In this document: one piece after another, positions 40,994 through 50,116 of the stretch
Layout of the letters: each line of letters starts with the position of its first letter
How positions within the stretch are numbered: the first letter of the stretch is position 1
DNA from: an uncultured Verrucomicrobiae bacterium
Lineage (GTDB): Bacteria > Verrucomicrobiota > Verrucomicrobiia > Limisphaerales > JAFGQR01
NCBI GenBank assembly: GCA_963788655.1
Contig: CAWBHS010000011.1
Location: 1 to 64,000, forward strand
Reading direction: 5' to 3'
DNA: 64,000 nt
Notes under the pieces: generated by a model
What the model was told of the DNA's origin: nothing
What the model saw: only the letters and a program-made list of their open reading frames with translations
Database searches by the model: none
Made by a program: the position numbers and the translations under genes

Positions 40994-43900
40994 ATGAAAG
41001 CGTTCCGTCTTACCGTTTCGACCATTGCGATCTTGTCCTGCCTCTTGGTTTTGCCCGGCTCCACCCGAGCCGCCGGTTCGGAGGCAGGCTTTGCCACCAT
41101 CGAAAAAGAGTTCCGTGAATTGCCGTTGTCGGCGCGCCGGCTGACTGGTCCGCTCTTTTGGTTGCACGGTGACGATAGCAAAGAACGTCTCGAAATGTAT
41201 GTGGCCAAGGTGGCCGAAGGCGGCAATGGCTGTTTCACCACCGAGTCGCGCCCGCACAAGGATTGGCTGGGTGAAGGTTGGTATCGTGACCTGGCCATCT
41301 GCCTTGATGCGGCCAAGCGGCACGGGCTGAAAATGTGGATCTTCGATGAAAAATGGTGGCCCAGCCAGGGCGTTGCGGGCCGGGTGCCGCCACGCTATGC
41401 GGCCAAACAATTAGACGCTTCCGCGGTCGAAGTGACCGGCCCGCGGACATTCGTAGCCGATGACTATGCGGGCGAACGTTACCTCGGCGCGGTGGCGGGT
41501 CGCGTGACGAATAACGGTGCGGTCGAAAGTGGAAGCCTGGTCGATCTTGCGCCATTCATTCGCGACGGCAAGCTGGCTTGGCAAGTGCCCAATGGTGCCT
41601 GGAAGATCATGAAGTTCACCCACAAACAAGCACCGGGATTGGGTCAGGGAGGTGGCAAACAATTGAGCGTGGACGGCGCCAGCCAGGACTGTGTCGATTG
41701 GTTCCTGCAAACCGTTTATCAGCCGCATTACGACCGGTTCAAAGCTGACTTCGGCAAGACTATTGTCGGCTTTTTCTACGATGAGCCCGAAACGCGCGGC
41801 GACTGGGGCACCGAACTGAATGGTGTTCTTGCCGAGCGTCACGTGGATTGGAAAAAGGCTTACGTGGCGTACAAGTTTCAACTGGCCGGTGAGGAACAAG
41901 CCGCCGCGCGTTACCAATATCTTGACGCACGGGCCGATGCTTGGGGGCGCACCATGTATGGCGGCATCACCCGGTGGTGCGAACAACACGGCGTCAAATC
42001 CATCGGCCACTTCATGGAACACAGCGGCATGTATCTGCTGCCCGATTTCTGCGCTGGCAATCTGATGGGCGTGCAGAAATACAGCAGCATGGGCGGCATC
42101 GACGCGGTGTTTGATCAGTTCGTGTGGGGCAAGCGAGTAACGCGAGACGTTCCCTGTTGGCAGACGCCCAAGCTCGGCAGCTCGATCACGCACGCCTACG
42201 GCAAACCGGACGATGTGGCGATGGTGGAAATCTTCGGCGCGCGCGGCCAGGATTTGACCTATCCGGAAATGAAGTGGTGGACGGACCACATGCAGGTTTC
42301 CGGCGTGAATTTCCTGATCCCGCATTCGTTCAATCCTCGCTCGCCGAACGATACGGATTGCCCGCCGTATTTCTACGACAGTGGATTCGAGCCGCGCTGG
42401 CCTTTGTATCGCGTGTTTGCCGATTACACCAGCCGGCTCAGTGTGATGCTCAGCGGGGGACGGCACGTGGCGCCGGTGGCCTTGTTGTTCCTCGGCCAGA
42501 GCACGCATGTCGGCCAACACATCACGCCCGATCAAATCAGTGAAAGCTTGCAGGACGCCCTTTACGACTGTGACTGGCTTCCGTATGAAGTCTTTGAAAA
42601 CGGCATGACGGTTTCCGGCAAGCGGCTCAAACTCCGCGAGGAGACCTATCGCATCCTCGTTGTCCCACCGGTGGAAGTGATTCCTTACGCCACGTTGGCC
42701 AAGGCCAAAGCGTTCTTCGACCGCGGTGGCGTCGTGGTGGGCTACGGTTTGTTGCCGACAAAATCCGCCACGATTGGCCACAATGCGGAAGCCATCGCGC
42801 AGTTGCGCGACGCGATCTGGGGCGCCAATACCCAACCCGGTCTTGCGTTGTGCAAAACCAGTTTCGCCGGTGGCCGGTCTTATTTGCTGCCCGCCAAACC
42901 AACCCCGGAGCAACTCCAACAAGTGTTCGCCGGCGATGCCGAGATTCATCCGTCGTTGGAAGTGGTGGCAGGTCAAACGGATCATTGGTTGCATGTCCTG
43001 CATCGAATCAAAGCGGGACGTGATGTGTTCTTCATCGCCAACCAGAATCACCTGGGCGCCGCGCGTCAATTTCAGTTCCGCATTAGCGCCGCCGGAGTGC
43101 CGGAATGTTGGGATCCGCTGCGCAATGAAATCACCTCCGTGCCGTTCACCCGCCACGGCGAACAGGTGGAATTGTCCCTGACCATGGAGCCCAATGCGAG
43201 CGTGCTGCTCGTCTTTCAACCGACCCGGCGGCCGTTGCCACCCCGCGTCCAAACTGACACGGCAACCGTGAGCACTTTGATTCCTCTCGTGCGGGTACCA
43301 GCGCCCGCAGCAACGCTGCCAGTGCTTGAAGGCCAACAAACGCCGGCTCGCCATTTTGCCGGCGGTTCGTGGGTTTGGTTTCCGGAAGGCAATCCGCAGC
43401 AAGGCGTGCCACCGGGCACCCGTTATTTCCGTAAACAAATCACCCTCCCGGCTGACCGCCAAATCCAGCAAGCCACCTTCGCCGGCACGGCGGACAATAG
43501 TTTTGCCTTGTTCATCAATGGCCAGCCAGCGGGCCAAGGCGATGCGAGCAGTGAAGGCTGGCGCAATCCGGTGACGTTGGACGTGACCGCGAAGTTGCAT
43601 CCCGGTGCCAACCAGTTCGCCATCGAAGCGGTCAACGGAGCGGACGCGCCCAATCCCGCGGGCCTGATTGGCTGCCTGGTCGTTCAATTCAAACAGGGCG
43701 CACCAATGACGGTGCGCGTGGACAAGACCTGGAAAGCGGCCAAAGAAAAATTGGCCGGATGGACCGACTTGGCCTTCAATGACCGCGCCTGGCCGGCGGC
43801 CAAAGAAGTGGTTCCGTTTGGCGCCGCGCCCTGGGGCCGGTTGGCGGGCAGCCGAATTACGCTCAGTCCGGTCACGGCGGACCCGTTTGCCGGTCGCTGC

Positions 43901-44125
43901 GACATACCGGCCAGCCTAGACCTGGCGAAATCGCGGGTCTTCCTGGAACTGGACGAGTTGGCCCCGGAAAACGCTGCTCGCGTCTCCGTCAACGGCCAAT
44001 ATGCCGGCGGTTTCCTCGCGAAACCATTGCGCCTTGACGTAACCGCACACCTGCAACCGGGCGCCAACACGATTCGCATCGAGCCGTTCGCGCCGAAGTC
44101 GGCGAAATTGGTAGTCTATCAATGA
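40994..44125 (+). CDS. Secreted GH106-like glycoside hydrolase (alpha-L-rhamnosidase-like)
   Basis: Signal peptide, PLFWLHG, WIFDEKWWPS, GFFYDEP, GIDA, VEIFGA, SGVNFLIPH, and C-terminal sugar-binding jelly-roll domains (ADNSF..FING, NPAGLI). Confidence 0.8.
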   Translation: MKAFRLTVSTIAILSCLLVLPGSTRAAGSEAGFATIEKEFRELPLSARRLTGPLFWLHGDDSKERLEMYVAKVAEGGNGCFTTESRPHKDWLGEGWYRDLAICLDAAKRHGLKMWIFDEKWWPSQGVAGRVPPRYAAKQLDASAVEVTGPRTFVADDYAGERYLGAVAGRVTNNGAVESGSLVDLAPFIRDGKLAWQVPNGAWKIMKFTHKQAPGLGQGGGKQLSVDGASQDCVDWFLQTVYQPHYDRFKADFGKTIVGFFYDEPETRGDWGTELNGVLAERHVDWKKAYVAYKFQLAGEEQAAARYQYLDARADAWGRTMYGGITRWCEQHGVKSIGHFMEHSGMYLLPDFCAGNLMGVQKYSSMGGIDAVFDQFVWGKRVTRDVPCWQTPKLGSSITHAYGKPDDVAMVEIFGARGQDLTYPEMKWWTDHMQVSGVNFLIPHSFNPRSPNDTDCPPYFYDSGFEPRWPLYRVFADYTSRLSVMLSGGRHVAPVALLFLGQSTHVGQHITPDQISESLQDALYDCDWLPYEVFENGMTVSGKRLKLREETYRILVVPPVEVIPYATLAKAKAFFDRGGVVVGYGLLPTKSATIGHNAEAIAQLRDAIWGANTQPGLALCKTSFAGGRSYLLPAKPTPEQLQQVFAGDAEIHPSLEVVAGQTDHWLHVLHRIKAGRDVFFIANQNHLGAARQFQFRISAAGVPECWDPLRNEITSVPFTRHGEQVELSLTMEPNASVLLVFQPTRRPLPPRVQTDTATVSTLIPLVRVPAPAATLPVLEGQQTPARHFAGGSWVWFPEGNPQQGVPPGTRYFRKQITLPADRQIQQATFAGTADNSFALFINGQPAGQGDASSEGWRNPVTLDVTAKLHPGANQFAIEAVNGADAPNPAGLIGCLVVQFKQGAPMTVRVDKTWKAAKEKLAGWTDLAFNDRAWPAAKEVVPFGAAPWGRLAGSRITLSPVTADPFAGRCDIPASLDLAKSRVFLELDELAPENAARVSVNGQYAGGFLAKPLRLDVTAHLQPGANTIRIEPFAPKSAKLVVYQ

Positions 44126-44137
44126 GGTGTCGGCGGG

Positions 44138-45133
44138 ATGACGATGAACCACGTTGAACGTTTCCGCGCCTTGATGGATTTCCAGCCGGTGGACCGTCTG
44201 CCGCGTTGGGAATGGGCCATGTGGTGGGACCAGACCATCGACCGCTGGCACGGCGAGGGACTGCCGCGCGAACTCAAATTCAGCCAGGTCATCGACATCG
44301 CCGAGTATTTCGGGCTCGATCCCTACCAGCAGTTCTGGTTCAGCACCACGGATCCGACCATTGAGGCCACGCAACATCACGTCGAAGGCATCGTGGCCAA
44401 TCTGGATGATTACCGGAGGGTCCGTTCGGATCTGTTTCCGTGTCACGATGCGTCCATTGCAGGCATGGCCGCCTGGGCGGAACGGCAGCGGCGCGGCGAA
44501 GCGGTGGTCTGGTGTACGGTCGAAGGATTCTTCTGGTTCCCCCGCACCTTGATGGGCTTCGAGAAGCTGATGTATGCCTTCGCCGACCAAGCGGACTTGC
44601 TCCACCAAATCAACCACGATTTGCTCGAGTTCAATTTCAGTTTGCTCGACCAAATCTTTCAGGTCTGCGTGCCGACGTTCATGACCATTGCCGAGGACAT
44701 GTCGTACAACAACGGGCCGATGATCTCGAAGAAGACATTCGACGAGTTCGTCGCGCCGTACTACCGGGCGCTGGTGCCCCGATTGCAGGAACACAATATT
44801 CCGCTGTTCATGGACACGGACGGCGACGTTACATTGCTGGTGCCGTGGCTGGAAGAACTCGGCGTGACCGGCGTGCTGCCGCTGGAGCGTCAGGCGGGTG
44901 TGGATGGCATGATGCTGCGGCAGCAGTTTCCGCGGCTACGCATGATTGGCCACTTCAATAAATTGTCCATGAACCAGGGTGAAGCCGCGATGCGCGCCGA
45001 ATTCGAACGGCTCCGGCCCCTGATGAAGACCGGCGGTTTCATACCCAGCGTGGACCATCAAACTCCACCCGGCGTTTCCCTGGAGCAATACCACTGCTAT
45101 TTGCGGCTGCTGGAGGAATACACTGCGGCATAA
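44138..45133 (+). CDS. Uroporphyrinogen decarboxylase / MtaA-CmuA superfamily protein (not HemE)
   Basis: ERFRALMDFQPVDRLP, IAEDMSYNNGPMIS, MDTDGD, PLERQAG and GGFIPSVDH. Confidence 0.85.
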   Translation: MTMNHVERFRALMDFQPVDRLPRWEWAMWWDQTIDRWHGEGLPRELKFSQVIDIAEYFGLDPYQQFWFSTTDPTIEATQHHVEGIVANLDDYRRVRSDLFPCHDASIAGMAAWAERQRRGEAVVWCTVEGFFWFPRTLMGFEKLMYAFADQADLLHQINHDLLEFNFSLLDQIFQVCVPTFMTIAEDMSYNNGPMISKKTFDEFVAPYYRALVPRLQEHNIPLFMDTDGDVTLLVPWLEELGVTGVLPLERQAGVDGMMLRQQFPRLRMIGHFNKLSMNQGEAAMRAEFERLRPLMKTGGFIPSVDHQTPPGVSLEQYHCYLRLLEEYTAA

Positions 45134-45148
45134 ACCGTATCTTTGGCA

Positions 45149-45219
45149 TAGCGGCGTCTCGGAAGAGCGCCGCCGTTCTGCACCAGACAAGTCTGCGGCG
45201 CTCTTCCGAGACGCCGCTA
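45149..45219. repeat. Perfect 25-bp inverted repeat (REP doublet, possible bidirectional terminator) between convergent genes
   Basis: tagcggcgtctcggaagagcgccgc (45149-45173) and gcggcgctcttccgagacgccgcta (45195-45219) are exact reverse complements. Confidence 0.85.
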
Positions 45220-45275
45220 CGGTTCACGGATTGGAATTGGATGAGAGTTGAGCAGGCCTGTGCTCCGGCGATGTT

Positions 45276-47339
45276 TCAGCCCAACCGGCACCCCGCGCAG
45301 CCGGTGCCGCGGAGCATGATGGCGGCGGTGGGGCAAACTTCCGCGGCGCGTCTGGCGGACTTCTTGAGCGCAATGGCCATCGGTTGATCGAAGGGCACAC
45401 CAACGCTCGCCTGGAAGCCGCGCCCGATGAAGGACACGCCCAGGTCTTCGCCGGCTTCGAGGGCGACTTGCACACAGGCGCCGCAGAGAATGCACTTGCC
45501 CGGCTCGTAAATGATGTCCGGGTGGGAGGCGTCGCGTTTGAAGCGGCGTCGTTCGCCGGCAAACCGTCCCGGATCAGCACCGTAGTCGGTGGCGTATTGA
45601 CGGACCCGGCAGACAATCGCCTTGCCGCAACCGCAACCCAGGCAGCGTCGCGACTCGCGCACCGCCTCGTCCAGCGAGAAACCCAATTCGACTTCCTCGA
45701 AGGTTGTACGCCGCTGCTCCATCTCGAGATGCGGCATTGGCATGCGCGAACCAGCTTCAATGTCCCGCAAAAACTCCGCCAGTTCCTCCTCGTTCAGCTT
45801 GCCCATGACCACATTGACTGCGTCCGGTGCGCCAACGACTTTTTGGTCCCACAAATACTGATGAATGGAGGCCGCCGCCAGTTTGCCGGCCGCCACAGCC
45901 CGCACGGCCAGATCCGGTCCGGTCACCGCGTCGCCGCCGGCGAATACACCGTCGAGATTCGTGGCCAGCGTTGGCGGATCGGCCCTGATGCCCCATTTCG
46001 AGAGGGTGATGTCCGTGGTGTGCATCGGTTCCAATTCCACCGTTTGGCCAATCGCCGCGATCACGCACGAAGCTTCGATTTCGAATTCCGAGCCCGCAAT
46101 CGGCACTGGCCGCGCCCGGCCGCTGGCGTCCGGAGCACCCAATTCCATCCGCTGGCAGGTCAGCCGCAGTTTGTCGCCGTGGCGTTCGAGTTTCACCGGG
46201 GCAATGAGGAACTCGACCTTTACGCCTTCGGCTTCGGCCGCTTCAACTTCCTCCATGAGGCAGGGCATTTCACGGCGCGTCCGGCGATAGAACACCCGCA
46301 CCGAACGCGCTCCCAACCGCAGCGCACAGCGACTGGCGTCCATGGCGGTGTTGCCGCCGCCCACCACGATGGCTTCGGCGCCGATGGCTGGCGGTTGGCC
46401 GTCGGTGATTTTTTCCAGCAATTCCACCGCGGGCAGCGCCAGTTCTTCGCCGGGACAATCCAGGCCGCGCGAGCCCTGGGCGCCAATCGCCAGGAAGACC
46501 GCCTGATGGTCGCGCCGCAAGTCTTCCAGCGTAAAATCCCGTCCTAGTTTTTGGCCCAGACGAATATCGGCGCCCAGGTTGCGGATCGATTTGATTTCCG
46601 CATCGAGAACCTGGCGCGGCAAGCGAAAGGCCGGAATGCCGTAGCGCAGCATGCCGCCGGCTTGCGGATGGGCATCGAAGATCACGACTTCATGTCCGCG
46701 GCGGAGCAGATGATACCCAGCGGCCAAACCCGCCGGGCCAGCCCCGACGATGGCGACGCGTTTGCCGCTCGGCGGTTCTTTGCCAGGAATGTAGGGCGAA
46801 ACGGAGAGCCGTTGATGGTCGGCGCTGAACCGGTGCAGATTACGGATCGAAAGCGATTCTTCCACCGCGCACCGCCGGCAGCGCTGTTCGCACAGGCGCG
46901 GGCAGACACGGCCCAATGACGCCGGCAGCACCAGGTCTTCGGTGACGACTTCGGCCGATTTGCGGTGGTCGCCCTTGGCGATTTGCGAAATGAAATTGGG
47001 AATGTCCAGGCGGGCAGGACAACCGGTTTTGCACGGGCCGACGCAATCACCGGCGTGGTCCGAAAGCAGTAGTTCCAGCGCAGTCTTGCGCGCTTCCCGC
47101 ACCTCGGGCGCATCGGAGAAGACCACCATGCCGTCGGTGGCAGGCATCGCACAGGAGGGCCAGAAATTGGGCCGCCCTTCGATGCGCACCGCGCACACGA
47201 AACACGAAGCCGCCGGCGGAAAGCCTTCGACGTGGCACAGCGTCGGGATCGTAATCCCCAGCTTGCGGGCCGCGTCGAGCACGGTTTGGCCTGGAGCAAC
47301 TTCGACCGCGCGGCCGTCGATGGTGAGGTTTACTGGCAT
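45276..47339 (-). CDS. Fe-S flavoprotein: NuoG/HydA-like N-terminal [2Fe-2S], GltD/NfnL-like FAD-NAD(P)H core and C-terminal ferredoxin
   Basis: PTLCH..SCFVC..PSC, HAGDCVGPC, GRVCPRLCEQRCRRC, GAGPAG, GGGNTAMD, YRR, AGGD, RCLGCGC and CILCGACV..CPT. Confidence 0.9.
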   Translation of the reverse strand: MPVNLTIDGRAVEVAPGQTVLDAARKLGITIPTLCHVEGFPPAASCFVCAVRIEGRPNFWPSCAMPATDGMVVFSDAPEVREARKTALELLLSDHAGDCVGPCKTGCPARLDIPNFISQIAKGDHRKSAEVVTEDLVLPASLGRVCPRLCEQRCRRCAVEESLSIRNLHRFSADHQRLSVSPYIPGKEPPSGKRVAIVGAGPAGLAAGYHLLRRGHEVVIFDAHPQAGGMLRYGIPAFRLPRQVLDAEIKSIRNLGADIRLGQKLGRDFTLEDLRRDHQAVFLAIGAQGSRGLDCPGEELALPAVELLEKITDGQPPAIGAEAIVVGGGNTAMDASRCALRLGARSVRVFYRRTRREMPCLMEEVEAAEAEGVKVEFLIAPVKLERHGDKLRLTCQRMELGAPDASGRARPVPIAGSEFEIEASCVIAAIGQTVELEPMHTTDITLSKWGIRADPPTLATNLDGVFAGGDAVTGPDLAVRAVAAGKLAAASIHQYLWDQKVVGAPDAVNVVMGKLNEEELAEFLRDIEAGSRMPMPHLEMEQRRTTFEEVELGFSLDEAVRESRRCLGCGCGKAIVCRVRQYATDYGADPGRFAGERRRFKRDASHPDIIYEPGKCILCGACVQVALEAGEDLGVSFIGRGFQASVGVPFDQPMAIALKKSARRAAEVCPTAAIMLRGTGCAGCRLG

Positions 47340-47420
47340 TGGAATTCCACGTCTGCCGCAGGACAGTCCAGAGAGATTCGCAAAAGCTCCCTGCTGTCCG
47401 CACTTCTTTGACGCCCGGCG

Positions 47421-47685
47421 ATCCCCGCAGGGGATCCACAACAATAGCCGTAGGTGCAACCTACGGGGAAGCGGCATTCGAATTGACACGGCCCTGAAGG
47501 GGCCGCACTACAACCCGTGCTATCAATCAAGATATGTTTCATCAAATTCAACTCCGGCATTGATTAGCAATTGTCGCAACTCATCTTTAAAAGACACATG
47601 GCGATGGTGTTCCTCCTGCCCTTTGATGTAATTGCAACTTTGTAGGCTGGCGCCTACGGCTATTCGGTTGATCCCCTGCGGGGAT
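47421..47685 (-). mobile_element. Miniature IS200/IS605-like (Y1 TnpA) relic flanked by inverted repeats
   Basis: Minus-strand YIKGQEEHHRHVSFKDELRQLLINAGVEFDETYLD* resembles the C-terminus of Y1 transposases. It is bounded by a perfect 16-bp IR atccccgcaggggatc (47421-47436 / 47670-47685) and inner gtagg..cctac hairpins. Confidence 0.75.
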
Positions 47686-47732
47686 TGCGCGAGTTGTTTC
47701 CAGCCTGCGCGAATTTCAAGTTCACTTCTCAT

Positions 47733-50112
47733 TTATTTCACTTCAATGGCGTTGTACGGACAGACCTGGCGGCAGGAATCGCAGCGGGTGCAGAGGTCCT
47801 GGTCAATCACGTGTGGCTGGTACGGGGTCATCGGAATGGCGTCCACGGGGCAATGCTGGGCACACAACGTGCAACCGGTGCAGTTGGGTTTGACGGTGTA
47901 ATGGATGAGCGCCGTGCATTTGCCGGCGGGACAACGTCCCTGGAGATGCGCTTCGTATTCGTCGCGGAAATAGCGCAAGGTGGTGGCCACGGGATTGGGC
48001 GCGGTTTTGCCCAGACCGCATAGGCTGCCCTGGCTGACTTGGTACCACCAGGTGTTCCAGTTCGGTGAGATGCCGCCGGTGGGCCTTGCCGGCGCATAAT
48101 AGTTCCAGCAATTCGAGCATCCGCTTGGTGCCGATCCGGCAGAAGGTGCATTTGCCGCAGGATTGATTTTGCGTGAACTGGAGAAAGTAGCGCGCGATAT
48201 CGACCATGCACGCCGTGTCATCGAGCACCACCATACCGCCGGAACCCATGATCGCACCCACGTCACGCAACGATTCGTAGTCCACCGGTGTGTCGGCCAA
48301 GCGCGCGGGCAGGCAGCCGCCGGACGGGCCGCCAATTTGCACGGCTTTGAACTTCCGACCGGGCGCCACGCCACCGCCAATTTCCTCGACAATGTCGCGA
48401 ATGGTGGTGCCCATCGGTATCTCGATCAAGCCGGCCCGTTGGATCTTGCCGGCCAGCGCGAACACTTTGGTGCCCTTGCTGCTGGCCGTGCCGATGGCGG
48501 CGAAGGCTTCGGCGCCGTTGCGGATGATCCACGGCACCAGCGCCAGGGTCTCGACGTTATTGATGAGGGTGGGTTTACTCCACAAACCCGACTGGGCCGG
48601 AAAAGGCGGACGCAAACGCGGCATGCCGCGGCGGCCTTCCACCGAGGCGATCAAGGCGGTTTCCTCGCCGCACACAAACGCGCCGGCACCTTCCTTGATG
48701 GAGATGTGCAGCGGGTAATCGCCACCGAGCAAACGTTCACCCAACCAACCGCGGCGAGTGCATTCTTCAAGGGCCGCTCGCACGCGGCGCAAGGCCTGGG
48801 GATATTCGTGCCGGATGTAGAAAATGGCTTCGTGCGCGCCGATGGCCACCGCCGCAATGGCCAATCCTTCGAGCACCCGATACGGAAACGATTCGAGCAT
48901 CACGCGATCCATGAAGGCGCCCGGATCGCCTTCGTCGCCGTTGCAGATGACGTATTTGGTGTCGCTCGCTTGCTGGTGAACCATTCGCCATTTTTGGCCG
49001 GTGGGAAATCCGGCGCCGCCACGGCCGCGCACGCCCGAATTGATCATCGTTTCAATGACTTGCTCGGGCGACAGTTCTTCCAGCACGCGGCGCAGGGCAA
49101 CAAAGCCGTCGTGCGCCATATACTCGTCCAGGTCCAACGGATCAAGCCTGCCGAAGTGTTCGGTGGCGATGTGGATTTGCCGGTCGAGAAACGCGCGCGC
49201 GCCCGAGTCGCGATTGATCGCAGTGAACGGGGGCGCTTGATCCACGGCCACCGCGTCGTCCAAAAGCAGACTGTCCACGGCGCGGGTCCATAATTGCGAA
49301 ACCCGCCGGAACAAACCCTGCGGGCGAAATTGTCGTTCGACCAGCGAACGCACTTGCGCCGGCGTCAGGTCGGCAAAAGCGAGGTTGGGACGATCCGGCT
49401 TGGCGATCTCGATCAAGGGCGAACAGTAGCAAGCCCCGACGCAGCCGACGCGTTTCAGCGAAACGTCGGCGCCGGATTGTTCGACCGATTCCTCGATGGC
49501 CTTAAACACGCGGTCGGTTCCCTTGGCCACACAGCAGGAATCCAGGCAGACCTGGATTTGCGCGCCGCCGCCCTTGCGCGATCGGGCGGCTGCGGGCTTG
49601 CGTTTGACGACGGGAGGGCGTTGCAGGTTCGCCAGGAAATCGCGGATCATGTCCGGCACTTTTTCCGTGGTGGCGTTGCCCACGATTTCCTCATCGATCT
49701 TCACCAGCGGGGCCAGGGTGCAACAGCCCAGGCAGGCGACCGGTTCGATGGTGAATTGTCGGTCTGGATCGGTGTTCGTGCCGGCGGCAATGTGCAGATG
49801 GCGGCGGAGGGCGTCCTCGATCCGTTCCGCGCCGGCGACGTGGCAGGCAGTGCCATGGCAAACGTGAATGATGTGTTTGCCGACCGGTTCATGGCGGAAC
49901 ATGTCGTAGAACGTCGAGACGCCCGTGATGGCGGCGGGCGTGATTTGCGTTGTTTGGCACAGACGACGCAACGCTTCCTCCGGCAGATAACCGTATTGAT
50001 CCTGGATGGCCTGCAACAGCGGGATCACCGCCTCGGGCGACTTACCCAGACGCGCGATGGCCTGATCGGTAAACTTCAGGTCCACTTCCGGATGGTTGAG
50101 TAGGATGCTCAC
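47733..50112 (-). CDS. NuoE-NuoF (HydC-HydB/Bfu-type) fusion flavoprotein, one frameshift at ~48045
   Basis: [14 protein letters not shown] (NuoE), CLDSCC..GCVGAC (thioredoxin-like 2Fe-2S), [41 protein letters not shown] and SCGKCTFC. After the frameshift: [29 protein letters not shown] and [12 protein letters not shown]. The GTG start is inferred. Confidence 0.9.
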
Positions 50113-50116
50113 GAGA

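Noticed and set aside
10796..43687. Long antisense ORFs such as 10796-12067, 12151-13371, 18352-19983, 23745-25346, 37564-38946 and 41411-43687
   Set aside because: They lie opposite well-supported genes and have no motifs. Such shadow ORFs are expected in GC-rich DNA.
44138..45133. Heme-pathway hemE
   Set aside because: The N-terminal WxMRQAGR motif is absent and the context is carbohydrate-related.
45276..50112. Respiratory complex I, [FeFe]-hydrogenase, formate dehydrogenase or glutamate synthase
   Set aside because: No other nuo genes, H-cluster motifs, molybdopterin domain or gltB are present. Only the diaphorase and GltD-like modules are there.
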